The notes: generated by a model from the letters alone, not told the origin. Counted from the first letter of the stretch, positions 28,795-38,159 are shown. The stretch is DNA of 56,983 nucleotides from Mycobacteriales bacterium (GCA_045806925.1 JBJMII010000137.1:1-56983); one strand, 5' to 3'. Numbers and translations are program-made.

Positions 28795-29705
28795 GAAGGG
28801 ATCCCTTCCAGTACGGTGGCGAACTCGGTCACCAGCTCGCGCAGCTCACGGGTGAGGGCGCGGCTGGTCCCGCCGAGGATGACCGGGATGCCGTGCTCGG
28901 GGGCCGGACCGTAGACGGCCTTGCTGTCCCGGACCGTGGTCTCGAAGGTCGGCACGCCGAGTGCGGCCACCCGGCTCATGTAGGCGCGCTGGCTCTCGAT
29001 CGGCTCCCCGTCGTGCAGCTGCACCATGGTGAAGACGACGGCGGCCGGCGGCCGGCTCAGCGGCCCCCCGGCGGCGTGCGTGCCGGCTTCGGCCAGCTGG
29101 TCGTTGTACTCCTCGATGAAGGCCTGCACCCTGCCACCGAGCGAGTCGATCCCGTTGGTGGACAGGTAGTCCGGCCGGGTCGGCACCAGCAGCAGGTCGC
29201 TCGCCGCCACCGCGTTGCGGGCGATCAGCCCGAAGTTCGGCGCGCAGTCGACCAGGGCCACGTCGTACTCGCCGAACTCCTTCTCCGCCAGCCCGTCCCG
29301 CAGCCGCCGGTGCGCGGCCAGGTAGCCGGCGGGGTCGACCAGCAGCTGCGCGGCCAGCGCGGTGTCCACCTCCGCGAGGTCGCGGTGCGCGGCGATCAGG
29401 TCCAGGCACCCGCCGGTGTGCGAGAGCAGCCCGCGCACCCGGGGCGGGGCGGCGACCATCGCGGACAGCGGCTCGACGCCGTCCGGCGCGGCCAGCCCGT
29501 CGTACCAGTGCTTGACCGTCCGGTGCGGCAGCAGCGCCCCGAGCCACTCGTCCTGGGTGAAGAAGGAGACCGTCAGGCTGCCCTGCGCGTCCAGGTCGAC
29601 CAGCAGCACCTTGCTGCCACGGGCGGCGAGGCCGGCGCCGAGGTTGGCGGTCAGCGTCGTCTTGCCCACGCCGCCCTTGTGGTTGATCACCGAGACGACC
29701 TTCAC
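28791..29705 (-). CDS. ParA/Soj/MinD-family ATPase (orphan)
   Basis: Deviant Walker A KGGVGKTT, VDLDAQGSLT, VDCAPN, PDYLSTNG; AAGGA RBS before GTG 29705. Confidence 0.9.
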   Translation of the reverse strand: MKVVSVINHKGGVGKTTLTANLGAGLAARGSKVLLVDLDAQGSLTVSFFTQDEWLGALLPHRTVKHWYDGLAAPDGVEPLSAMVAAPPRVRGLLSHTGGCLDLIAAHRDLAEVDTALAAQLLVDPAGYLAAHRRLRDGLAEKEFGEYDVALVDCAPNFGLIARNAVAASDLLLVPTRPDYLSTNGIDSLGGRVQAFIEEYNDQLAEAGTHAAGGPLSRPPAAVVFTMVQLHDGEPIESQRAYMSRVAALGVPTFETTVRDSKAVYGPAPEHGIPVILGGTSRALTRELRELVTEFATVLEGIPS

Positions 29706-29851
29706 CGCTGTCCTTCCCGCCGGTACGGGTCCCCCACGGGCCGCGCCGAAGGAAGCGGTTGGGGAGGACCGACGGTAGAGGATGGCACGTCCGGGAGCCG
29801 GGCCGGCAGCGTCCCCGGCATTTCGCTCCGACATGCCGTGTGACGGCAGCC

Positions 29852-30493
29852 TCAGCGTGCGGCCGGCGTGGCCTCCGGCACCTCGACGGCGATCTCGGCG
29901 CCGAGCTTCGCTCCACCGGCGAGCTCCAGGTCGTCGCCGCTCCAGAAGCTGCCCGGGTCGTACGAGTGCGGGTGCCGGTGGCCCGGCAGCAGGCCCATCG
30001 CCTGGTAGGTGCTCGCCACCACCTCCGCGCAGTACGCGGTCTCCAGCGCCGCCCCGGCGCGGTGCCGGCGCAGCGGCACCCGGCCGGCGAGCCAGCGGGC
30101 GGCCAGCCGGCTGGTGGACGGGAAGGGCGTGCCGTCCAGGCGCGCGACCGTCCGCAACACCGCGTCCTGCATCTCCTTCGACACCGGCCGGTCCAGCTGG
30201 CGCAGCCACGCCTGCTGCCGGTAGCGGGTCACCCAGACGACCACCGCGGCGCGCAGGTCGTGCAGCTGGACGCCCCGGTGGCGGTCGCCGCTCCACAGGT
30301 CCGGCAGCGACCTGCCCAGCTCCGCGTGCCACATCAGCGGCGGCAGGTCGTCCAGCGCGACGGTCATGCCGACGTGGTTGACCGGGCTGTTGGTGGTCAG
30401 CCGGATCGCCCGGTCCGCCGCCGAGCGCCCGCGGAAGATCCACACGTCCCCGGTGCGGGTGACCTCGAGCGCCTCGTCCAGGCAGATCGCCAC
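29852..30493 (-). CDS. Permuted papain-like NlpC/P60 (YiiX/YebB-like) protein
   Basis: RTGDVWIF, NSPVNHVGM (His) before AYCAEVV (Cys), then YDPGSF: the circularly permuted order. Confidence 0.7.
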   Translation of the reverse strand: MAICLDEALEVTRTGDVWIFRGRSAADRAIRLTTNSPVNHVGMTVALDDLPPLMWHAELGRSLPDLWSGDRHRGVQLHDLRAAVVVWVTRYRQQAWLRQLDRPVSKEMQDAVLRTVARLDGTPFPSTSRLAARWLAGRVPLRRHRAGAALETAYCAEVVASTYQAMGLLPGHRHPHSYDPGSFWSGDDLELAGGAKLGAEIAVEVPEATPAAR

Positions 30494-30511
30494 GGCCGCT
30501 AGCCTAGGCGG
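30494..30511. promoter_or_regulatory. Bidirectional leaderless promoter (overlapping -10 hexamers)
   Basis: TAGCCT (+, 30500-30505) 6 nt before ATG 30512; TAGGCT (-, 30506-30501) 7 nt before GTG 30493. Confidence 0.7.
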
Positions 30512-30679
30512 ATGCGCTGGTGGAAGGTCATCGGCCTCGCCGGGCTGGTCGGGGTCGCCGCGTCCGGCGTGGTGGTCGCCCGCGCGGAGCGCCGCCGCCG
30601 GGCGTACACGCCCGAGGAGATCCGCGACCGGCTGCACGCCCGCCTCGCCGACGCGGAGGACGCGCCGGCCCGGGGCTGA
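30512..30679 (+). CDS. Small N-terminally anchored protein (55 aa), not in the ORF track
   Basis: MRWWKVIGLAGLVGVAASGVVVARAERRRRAYTPEEIRDRLHARLADAEDAPARG*; strong GC3 bias; fills the gap exactly. Confidence 0.75.
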   Translation: MRWWKVIGLAGLVGVAASGVVVARAERRRRAYTPEEIRDRLHARLADAEDAPARG

Positions 30680-30681
30680 GG

Positions 30682-31947
30682 TCAGAGCGCCAGGCCGACG
30701 GCGTGGATGGCCACCCCGGCCAGGGCGCCCACCACGGTGCCGTTGATCCGGATGAACTGCAGGTCCCGGCCGACCTGCAGCTCGACCTTGCGGGCGGTCT
30801 CCACGCCGTCCCAGCGCTCGACCGTGTCGGTGATGGTGCGGGTCAGCTCGTCGCGGTAGTGGGTGACCACGTAGCCGGCCAGGTCCGCCGCCCACTTGTC
30901 CACCCGGGTCCGCAGCGCGTCGTCGGTGTCCAGCCGGCGGCCCAGGTCGGCCAGCCCGGTGGTCAGCCGGGCGCGCAGCTCGCCGCTCGGGTCGTCCACC
31001 ATCTCCAGCAGCAGCCGGCGGCCGGCCGCGATGACGTCGCCGAAGGCCCGGCGCACCTCGTCGCGCTGCAGCAGGGTGCCGACGACCGCGCTGGCCCGGG
31101 CGATGGTGGCCGGGTCGTGCTGCAGGTCGCCGGCCAGCCGGGCGAGCAGCCGGTCCAGCGCGAGCCGGACCGGGTGCTGCCGCTCCGCCCGCACCTCGCC
31201 GGCCACCCGGAGCAGCTCGGCGTGCACCCGGGACGCCACCTGCCGGTCCAGGAACTCCGGTGACCAGGCCGGTGCCTGCCGCATCACCATGTCCATCACG
31301 GTGTGCCGGTTGGCCCGCAGCCAGTCCTCGGTCGCGGTCACCACCAGGTCGACCAGCCGGTGGTGCGCCTTGCCGTCGACCACCTCGGCGAGCAGCCGGC
31401 CGAGGGTCGGCCCGACCGGCAGCTCGGCGAGCCGGCGCAGCACCGCCGGCTCGATCACCGCCCGGACGTCCTCGTCCCGCAGCACGCCGACCGCGCCGCG
31501 CAGCACCGCGGCCAGCTCCGTGGTGACCCGCCGGGCGTGCGCCGGCTCGGCCAGCCAGCGGCCGAGCCGGCGGGTCACCTCCGCTCGCGCCAGCCGGTCG
31601 CGGACCACCTGCTCGGACAGGAAGTTCGCACCGACGAAGTCGGACAGGCTGCGGCCGAGCGCGTCCTTGCGGGTCGGGATGATCGCGGTGTGCGGGATCG
31701 GCAGCCCGAGCGGCCGCCGGAACAGCGCGGTGACCGCGAACCAGTCGGCCAGCCCGCCGACCATCCCTGCCTCCGCCGCGGCCCGGACGAAGCCGACCCA
31801 GCCGGCCGTGCTCCCGGTGCCGCCGGCTTCGGCCCGCCGGGCGAGCAGGTAGACCGCGGCCGCGACCAGCAGCAGCCCGGTCGCGCTGCTCTTCATCCGG
31901 ACCAGGTCGCGGCGCCGCTGCCGGTCCGTCGCGCTGGGCGTGGTCAC
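30682..31947 (-). CDS. DUF445 family membrane protein
   Basis: EAGMVGGLADWFAVTALFRRP, PHTAIIP, GRDLQFIRINGTVVG. Confidence 0.92.
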   Translation of the reverse strand: MTTPSATDRQRRRDLVRMKSSATGLLLVAAAVYLLARRAEAGGTGSTAGWVGFVRAAAEAGMVGGLADWFAVTALFRRPLGLPIPHTAIIPTRKDALGRSLSDFVGANFLSEQVVRDRLARAEVTRRLGRWLAEPAHARRVTTELAAVLRGAVGVLRDEDVRAVIEPAVLRRLAELPVGPTLGRLLAEVVDGKAHHRLVDLVVTATEDWLRANRHTVMDMVMRQAPAWSPEFLDRQVASRVHAELLRVAGEVRAERQHPVRLALDRLLARLAGDLQHDPATIARASAVVGTLLQRDEVRRAFGDVIAAGRRLLLEMVDDPSGELRARLTTGLADLGRRLDTDDALRTRVDKWAADLAGYVVTHYRDELTRTITDTVERWDGVETARKVELQVGRDLQFIRINGTVVGALAGVAIHAVGLAL

Positions 31948-31956
31948 GGCGCCGGC

Positions 31957-33108
31957 TCAGGCGACGGCGCCGGCGGCGCGCAGCGCCGCGACGGCGTCCG
32001 GGCCGCGGCCGAGCTCGGCGAGCAGCTCGGCGGTGTGCTCGCCCGGATGCGGCGGCGGCAGGCCGAGCGTCGCTGCGGTCCGGTCGAAGCGGGGCGCCGG
32101 CGCGGACTGCACCACCCCGTTCTCCCGTACGTACGTCTCCCGGGCGGTCAGCTGCGGATGGGCGGCCGCCTCGTCCCAGTCGAGCACCGGCGCGACGCAC
32201 GCGTCGGTGCCCTCGAAGACCGCGGCCCACTCGTCCCGGGTCCGGCTGGCGAAGACCTCGGCCCAGCGCCGCTTCGCTGCCGGCCAGGTGGCCGGGTCCG
32301 ACCGCCGGTCCGGCGCCAGCTCCGGCACACCGTCCATACCGGACAGTCGCAGCAGCTCGGCGTAGAACTTCGGCTCCAGCGCGCCGACCGCGACCTCCCG
32401 GCCGTCCGCGCACTCGTACACCTCGTAGAACGGAGCGCCGGTGTCCAGCAGGTTTCCACCGGCAGGTGCCGGCCAGGCGCCGGTGTTGCGCAGGCCGAGG
32501 ATGAAGTTCGACAGTGCCGCGGTGCCGTCCACGATGGACGCGTCGACCACCTGGCCGTGCCCGCTCCGGCCGGCCTCCAGCAGCGCGCAGACCAGGCCGA
32601 AGGCGAGCATCATGCCGCCGCCGCCCATGTCGCCGAGCAGGTTCATCGGCGGGACCGGGCGGTCACCGGCCCGGCGGCTGCCGTTCAGCGCGCCGGTCAC
32701 CGCGATGTAGCCGATGTCGTGCCCGGCCGCGGTCGCGAGTGGACCGTCCTGCCCCCAGCCGGTGATCCGGCCGTACACCAGCCGCGGGTTCACCGCCCGC
32801 AGATCCTCCGGGCCCAGCCCGAGCCGCTCCGCGACGCCCGGCCGGAAGCCCTCCAGCAGCGCGTCCGACCGGGACGCGAGGTCCAGCACCAGCTGCCGGC
32901 CTTCGGGCCGCTTGAGGTCCACGGCCATCGACCGGCGGCCGCGCAGCACCACGTCCGGGTGCGGTCCGGGCGGGCGGTCCCGCACGTCGGCCACCCTGTC
33001 CACCCGCACCACCTCTGCGCCCATGTCCGCGAGCATCATCGCCGCGAACGGGCCGGGTCCGATCCCGGCCAGCTCGACGACCCGTACCCCGGCCAGCGGA
33101 CCTGTCAC
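31957..33108 (-). CDS. CaiB/BaiF CoA-transferase family, alpha-methylacyl-CoA racemase-like
   Basis: GPLAGVRVVELAGIGPGP, EGFRPGV, GHDIGY, NLLGDMGGG, GALEPKFY; TACGCT -10 before GTG 33108. Confidence 0.92.
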   Translation of the reverse strand: MTGPLAGVRVVELAGIGPGPFAAMMLADMGAEVVRVDRVADVRDRPPGPHPDVVLRGRRSMAVDLKRPEGRQLVLDLASRSDALLEGFRPGVAERLGLGPEDLRAVNPRLVYGRITGWGQDGPLATAAGHDIGYIAVTGALNGSRRAGDRPVPPMNLLGDMGGGGMMLAFGLVCALLEAGRSGHGQVVDASIVDGTAALSNFILGLRNTGAWPAPAGGNLLDTGAPFYEVYECADGREVAVGALEPKFYAELLRLSGMDGVPELAPDRRSDPATWPAAKRRWAEVFASRTRDEWAAVFEGTDACVAPVLDWDEAAAHPQLTARETYVRENGVVQSAPAPRFDRTAATLGLPPPHPGEHTAELLAELGRGPDAVAALRAAGAVA

Positions 33109-33151
33109 GGCCGCAGCGTACGATGCGGCCCGCCGGCGGAGCGCGGTCGAC

Positions 33152-33901
33152 TCAGCGCCGGTCGTCGGCGCGGTCCGCGGCGTCGTCCGCAGCGCGGTGC
33201 GCGGCCCGGTCGGCCCGGTCCGCGCGTTCGGCCTCGGCCCCGGCCCGGGCCGCCGCGTCGTCGACCGCCGGTTCCCGGTCGGCCGCGTCGCGCTGCGCGC
33301 CGTGGTCGGTCCGGGCGCCGTCCGCCCGGGCCCGGTCCGGGTCAGCGGCCGGGATGTGGTCGGTCGGGATGCCGTCCGGGTCGCGGTCCGCCGGGGTGTC
33401 GTACCCGCGGTCGCGGTCGGCCGGGGTGTCGTACCCGCGGTCGCGGTCGGCCGGGGTGTCGTACGCCGAGTGGTCGGTCCGGACACCGGCGTCCGGCGCG
33501 GCCGAGTGGTCGGTCCGGACCCCGTCGCGGGCCTCCATCCGGTCCGGCACCCCGTCGTGGTCCAGGTCCGGCGCCAGCGTGCGTGCCCGCTCCCGCAGCC
33601 GCTCCGCCTCCGTCTCCTGCGCTCCGGCGCGGGAGGCGAGCTGCTGCGCCTCCGCCTCCTCCCGGCGGAGCCGCTCCTCCAGCTCCGCGCGCTCGCGCCG
33701 GCCGCGGGCCGCCATCTCGTCCGCGGTCGCCCGGCTCTGCTCCGCCTCGGTGGCGAGCCGTTGCGAGTCCTGCAGGTGGTTGCGTGCCTCGGCCCGCTGC
33801 CGCTCGGCCCGCGCCGTCCGGCGCCGCGGCCCGAGGAACCACAGCACCGCCAGCAGCACGAGGACGACGAGCACGACGAGCGCGATGATCAGTCCGGTCA
33901 T
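33152..33901 (-). CDS. Membrane-anchored coiled-coil protein with an acidic repeat tail
   Basis: AAGGAG RBS, N-terminal TM, Glu/Arg coiled coil, DLDHDGVPD motif, YDTPADRDRG x3. Confidence 0.72.
   Translation of the reverse strand: MTGLIIALVVLVVLVLLAVLWFLGPRRRTARAERQRAEARNHLQDSQRLATEAEQSRATADEMAARGRRERAELEERLRREEAEAQQLASRAGAQETEAERLRERARTLAPDLDHDGVPDRMEARDGVRTDHSAAPDAGVRTDHSAYDTPADRDRGYDTPADRDRGYDTPADRDPDGIPTDHIPAADPDRARADGARTDHGAQRDAADREPAVDDAAARAGAEAERADRADRAAHRAADDAADRADDRR
33379..33464. repeat. 30-bp tandem repeat x3 (YDTPADRDRG)
   Basis: GGTCGCGGTCGGCCGGGGTGTCGTACCCGC units. Confidence 0.85.
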
Positions 33902-34082
33902 CGGGGGCTCCTTCCGTCCTTCCAGAGCTACCCACCGGCCGGGTGCTCGTATCGTCCGGTCGATCTCCGGTCCGGATCGACCCGGCCGGGTCCGGCCCGA
34001 CACCGGGGCCGCCCGGGAGCTTCCGGCACGTTCACCGGCGTCGCGTTCGCCGGGACCTGACCGGCGGCCCTAGGCTCGCGGC

Positions 34083-35213
34083 GTGTCGCCGCCAGGGGGA
34101 CGTCTGCTCCGGTGGCCGGCCGCCGCCGCGGTCGTGCTCGCCGTGGCCGGGTGCGGCGGTGGCGCCGACCCGCCGGGTCCGCCACCGACAGCCGCGACCA
34201 CGACCCCGTCGCCGACCGGGCCCGGACGGTCGACGGCACCGCCACCATCGCCTCTGCCGACGGTGACCGTCGGCTGGTCCGGGGACGCGGTGCCGGCCAG
34301 CGTGGACCGCGGCCTGCCGCCCGACCCGGGCCGGCTGCTCCGCATGGTGACGCCGTTGCTGCGCCGCCCGGACGTGATGGTCGGCAACCTGGAGGGCACG
34401 CTGACCCGGGTCGCCACGAGCTCCAAGTGCGGGCCGGACAGCGAGCACTGCGTCGCCTTCAGCAGCCCGCCGGCGTACGCGGAGCTGTTCGCCGAGGCCG
34501 GCTACGACGTGCTCAGCCTGGCCAACAACCACAGCCACGACTACGGGGCGGCCGGGCTGACGGAGACCCGGGCGGCCGTGCGCGGGGCCGGCATGGCCAC
34601 CACCGGCGGCCCGGACGAGATCGCCGTCCGCACCGTGCGCGGGATCCGGGTCGCGGTCGTCGGCTTCGCCCCGTACGGCTGGACGGCGCCGTTGAACGAC
34701 CCGGCCGCGGTCCGGGACCTGGTCGGCCGCGCGGCCGCGGCGGCCGACGTGGTGCTGGCCGTCTTCCACGGCGGCGCGGAGGGGCCGGCGGCGCTGCACG
34801 TGCCGGTCGGGCGGGAGACCGCGTTCGGCGAGGACCGCGGGGACCTGCGGGCGTTCGCCCGGACCGCGCTGGCCGCCGGCGCGAGCGCGGTGGTCGGTGC
34901 CGGGCCGCACGTGGTGCGCGGGGCGGAGGTGGTCGGCGGCCGGCCGGTCGCGTACTCGGTGGGCAACCTGGTCGGCTACCGCACGCTGTCGTCGGCCGGC
35001 GTCACCGGCACCACCGCGGTGCTGCACCTGACCTTCGGTGCGGACGGGCGCTGGCTCGGCGGCCGGCTGCTGCCGACCCGGCAGGTGCCGCCCGGGTACG
35101 CCGAGCCGGACCCGGACCGGGCGGCCATCGCGCTGGTCGCCCGGCTGTCCCGGGAGGACTTCGGCGCCACAGCCGCCCGCCTCGGCCCGGACGGGCGGCT
35201 CATCGTGCCCTGA
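34083..35213 (+). CDS. CapA/PGA_cap family metallophosphoesterase-like lipoprotein
   Basis: Lipobox VAGC, SGD, GNLEG, LANNHSHDYG, FHGGAE, GAGPHV, YSVGN. Confidence 0.88.
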   Translation: MSPPGGRLLRWPAAAAVVLAVAGCGGGADPPGPPPTAATTTPSPTGPGRSTAPPPSPLPTVTVGWSGDAVPASVDRGLPPDPGRLLRMVTPLLRRPDVMVGNLEGTLTRVATSSKCGPDSEHCVAFSSPPAYAELFAEAGYDVLSLANNHSHDYGAAGLTETRAAVRGAGMATTGGPDEIAVRTVRGIRVAVVGFAPYGWTAPLNDPAAVRDLVGRAAAAADVVLAVFHGGAEGPAALHVPVGRETAFGEDRGDLRAFARTALAAGASAVVGAGPHVVRGAEVVGGRPVAYSVGNLVGYRTLSSAGVTGTTAVLHLTFGADGRWLGGRLLPTRQVPPGYAEPDPDRAAIALVARLSREDFGATAARLGPDGRLIVP

Positions 35214-35217
35214 TGGG

Positions 35218-35535
35218 TCAGCTCGCCGCGGGCAGGCCGAAGCGGTCCCGCTCGGCGGGCGGCACCAGGTCGAGGTAGTCCGGGTGCCGCTCGACGAAGC
35301 TGCGCACGAACGGGCAGACGGGCAGCACCGCCCGACCGCGCGAGCGCATCTCGTCGAGGACGCCGCGGATCAGCACCGAGCCGAGCCCCCGACCCTCGTA
35401 CGCCGGGTCGATCTCGGTGTGGGTGAAGACGTGCACCTGCTCGTCCGCCCGGTACGCGACGAAGCCGGTGAGCTCGCCGTCCACCCGCAGCTCGAAGCGG
35501 TCCGCGGCCGGGTCGTCGAGCACGGTGGTGTCCAC
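35218..35535 (-). CDS. Small GNAT family acetyltransferase (YjdJ-like)
   Basis: RFEL, FTHTEIDP, GRGLGS, LPVCPFV. Confidence 0.9.
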   Translation of the reverse strand: MDTTVLDDPAADRFELRVDGELTGFVAYRADEQVHVFTHTEIDPAYEGRGLGSVLIRGVLDEMRSRGRAVLPVCPFVRSFVERHPDYLDLVPPAERDRFGLPAAS

Positions 35536-35650
35536 CCGGCCACCGTAGGCCTTGCCTGGGCGGGCGCTCAGCCGGGACCGGCCGGCGGCCTGTGCCGGCC
35601 GGCCATGGCTGAGACCATCGTCGGGGGGAGTCGGGCGGGAGGAGACGAGG

Positions 35651-37672
35651 GTGGCGGACGTGGAGGCGGGCTCGACCCGCCGGGTGGTCCGGCTCTTCGC
35701 GCCCTACAAGGGCCGGCTGGCGCTGATCACGGTCGCCATCCTGGTCGGCTCCGGCCTGGGCGTGGTCAACCCGTTCCTCACCCGGGCCGTCTTCGACCGG
35801 GCCCTGTTCGTCGCCGGCGGCCCGGACCTGCGGCTGCTGGCGATCCTGGTCGCCGCGATGATCGTCGTCCCGCTGGTGGGTGCGCTGATCGGCGTCGGGC
35901 AGACGTACCTCACCACCTCCCTGGGCAACCGGGTGATGCAGGACCTGCGCAACCGGCTCTTCGCGCACCTGCAGTCGATGCACCTCGGCTTCTTCACCGG
36001 CACCCGGACCGGGGACATCCAGTCCCGGCTCGGCAACGACGTCGGCGGCGTGCAGTCGGTGGTCACCGAGACCGCGTCCTCGATCCTGTCGAACACCGTG
36101 ACGGTGGTCGCCTCGCTGGTCGGCATGCTGCTGCTGTCCTGGCAGCTCACGCTCATCGCGCTCGCCCTGCTGCCGGTCTTCGTCCTGCTGCAGGTGCAGG
36201 TGGGCCGGGTGCGGCGGCGGGTGGCGGCCCGCACCCAGACGTCGCTGTCGGAGATGACGTCGATCACCCAGGAGTCGCTGTCGGTCTCCGGCGTGCTGCT
36301 GGCGAAGGTCTTCGACCGGCAGGCCTTCGAGACCGAGCGTTACCGGGCGGAGAACGAGAAGCAGGCCGCGCTGCAGGTCAGCCAGACGATGACGGGCCAG
36401 CGGTTCTTCGCGGTCGTGCAGGCCTTCTTCGGCATCACCCCCGCGTTGGTCTACCTGGCGGCGGGCATCGCCGGGTCCGGCGGCGGCACCCTGCTGACGG
36501 CCGGGACGCTGGTCGCCTTCACCACCCTGCAGACGCGGCTGCTCTTCCCGGTCGTCCAGCTGCTGCGGGTCGCGCTGGACGTGCAGACCTCGCTGGCGCT
36601 GTTCGGGCGGATCTTCCAGTACCTCGACCTGGAGCCGGCGATCGTGGACGCGCCGGACGCGCGGCCCCTGCCGGCCGGGGGCGTCCGCGGGGAGGTCACG
36701 CTCGAGCACGTCTGGTTCCGCTACCCGACCGGGTCGGCCGCCGGGGCACCGGCCGCCGGCCCGGACCGGGTGCCGGCTGCCGAGATGGTGCCGGCTGCCG
36801 AGGTGGTGCCGGCCCGGGCGGTGGTGCCGGCCGGGGCGGTGGTGCCGGCCGGGGCGGTGGTGCCGGCCGGGGCGGTGGTGCCGGCCGCCGACCCGCTCGC
36901 CGACGCCGCGCCGGGCTGGGCGCTGCGGGACGTCAGCCTCACCGTCCGACCGGGACAGCTCGCCGCCGTGGTCGGTCCGAGCGGCGCCGGCAAGACCACG
37001 CTGTCGTACCTGGTCCCGCGGCTTTACGACGTCGACCGCGGCCGGGTCACGCTGGACGGCACCGACGTCCGCGAGCTGACCCTGTCGTCACTGGCCGAGG
37101 TGATCGGCATGGTGACGCAGGAGACGTACCTGTTCCACGCGACGATCCGGGACAACCTGCGCTACGCGGACGAGGACGCGACCGACGACCAGCTGCGCGC
37201 CGCCGCCCGCGCCGCGAACATCGACGAGCGGATCAGCAGCTTCCCGGACGGCTATGACACGGTCGTGGGCGAGCGGGGCTTCCGGCTGTCCGGCGGCGAG
37301 CGGCAGCGGCTCGCGATCGCCCGCGTCATCCTCAAGAACCCGAAGGTGCTGATCCTGGACGAGGCGACGTCCGCGCTCGACACCACCAGCGAACGCCTCG
37401 TCCAGGAAGCGCTCGACCAGGTGATGCGCGGGCGTACCACGATCGCCATCGCGCACCGGCTGTCCACCATCCTGGCCGCGGACGTGATCTTCGCGGTCGA
37501 CGCGGGCCGGCTGGTCGAGCAGGGCACGCACGCGGAGCTGCTGCGCCGGGACGGGCTCTACGCCCGGCTCTACCGGGAGCAGTTCGGCAGCGGACAGGTG
37601 CAGGCGCGGTGTGCCGACGGGCTGGTGCTCGCCGACGGAACCGTGCTGCCCGCACTGCCCGCCACCGCGTGA
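35651..37672 (+). CDS. ABC exporter, fused permease and ATPase
   Basis: TMD followed by GPSGAGKT, LSGGERQR, ILDEATSALD, IAHRLST; GGAGGAG RBS. Confidence 0.92.
   Translation: MADVEAGSTRRVVRLFAPYKGRLALITVAILVGSGLGVVNPFLTRAVFDRALFVAGGPDLRLLAILVAAMIVVPLVGALIGVGQTYLTTSLGNRVMQDLRNRLFAHLQSMHLGFFTGTRTGDIQSRLGNDVGGVQSVVTETASSILSNTVTVVASLVGMLLLSWQLTLIALALLPVFVLLQVQVGRVRRRVAARTQTSLSEMTSITQESLSVSGVLLAKVFDRQAFETERYRAENEKQAALQVSQTMTGQRFFAVVQAFFGITPALVYLAAGIAGSGGGTLLTAGTLVAFTTLQTRLLFPVVQLLRVALDVQTSLALFGRIFQYLDLEPAIVDAPDARPLPAGGVRGEVTLEHVWFRYPTGSAAGAPAAGPDRVPAAEMVPAAEVVPARAVVPAGAVVPAGAVVPAGAVVPAADPLADAAPGWALRDVSLTVRPGQLAAVVGPSGAGKTTLSYLVPRLYDVDRGRVTLDGTDVRELTLSSLAEVIGMVTQETYLFHATIRDNLRYADEDATDDQLRAAARAANIDERISSFPDGYDTVVGERGFRLSGGERQRLAIARVILKNPKVLILDEATSALDTTSERLVQEALDQVMRGRTTIAIAHRLSTILAADVIFAVDAGRLVEQGTHAELLRRDGLYARLYREQFGSGQVQARCADGLVLADGTVLPALPATA
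36769..36886. repeat. 18-bp tandem repeat (~6.5 copies, VPAGAV) in frame inside the ABC NBD
   Basis: GGTGCCGGCCGGGGCGGT-like units between VWFRYP and ALRDVSL. Confidence 0.88.
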
Positions 37673-37727
37673 ACGCCCTCGTCGACCGCCCAGCCGCGCC
37701 TGACCCGGCGAGATCGGGCGGCCCGGG

Positions 37728-38159
37728 TCAGGCCAGCGCGGAGTCGAAGGTGATCTTCGTGGCGGCCAGCGCCCGGCTCACCGGGCAGCTCTGCTCCGCG
37801 GTCCGGGCCAGCTCGGTGAAGCGGTCCGCGTCCAGACCGGGCACCGCCGCGCGCAGGGTGACCTCGATGCCGGTGATGGCCAGCCCGCCGCCCGTCCGGT
37901 CGACCGTCACCTCGGCGCTCACGTCGATGCTGTCCGCGACCATGCCGGCCTTGCCCAGCACGCCGGACAGGTTCATGGCCAGGCAGGACGAGAGCGCGGC
38001 GGCGATCAGCTCCTCGGGGCTGGTCTGGCCCTCCGGGTTGCCGGCCCGGGTGGGGAAGGACACGTCGAACTGGCCGGCGTTCGACGAGTCGAGCGTGACG
38101 TGCCCCTTGCCGTCCTGCAGGCCGCCGGTCCAGTGCGTCGTCGCGTCCCTGCTGGGCAT
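37728..38159 (-). CDS. osmC: OsmC family peroxiredoxin
   Basis: WTGGLQDGKG, TSPEELIAAALSSC, CPVSRAL (two catalytic Cys). Confidence 0.9.
   Translation of the reverse strand: MPSRDATTHWTGGLQDGKGHVTLDSSNAGQFDVSFPTRAGNPEGQTSPEELIAAALSSCLAMNLSGVLGKAGMVADSIDVSAEVTVDRTGGGLAITGIEVTLRAAVPGLDADRFTELARTAEQSCPVSRALAATKITFDSALA

Noticed and set aside
28791-29705. ParA as evidence of a plasmid, prophage or chromosomal origin
   Set aside because: No parB, rep, integrase, phage or oriC-region genes; flanked by ordinary chromosomal genes
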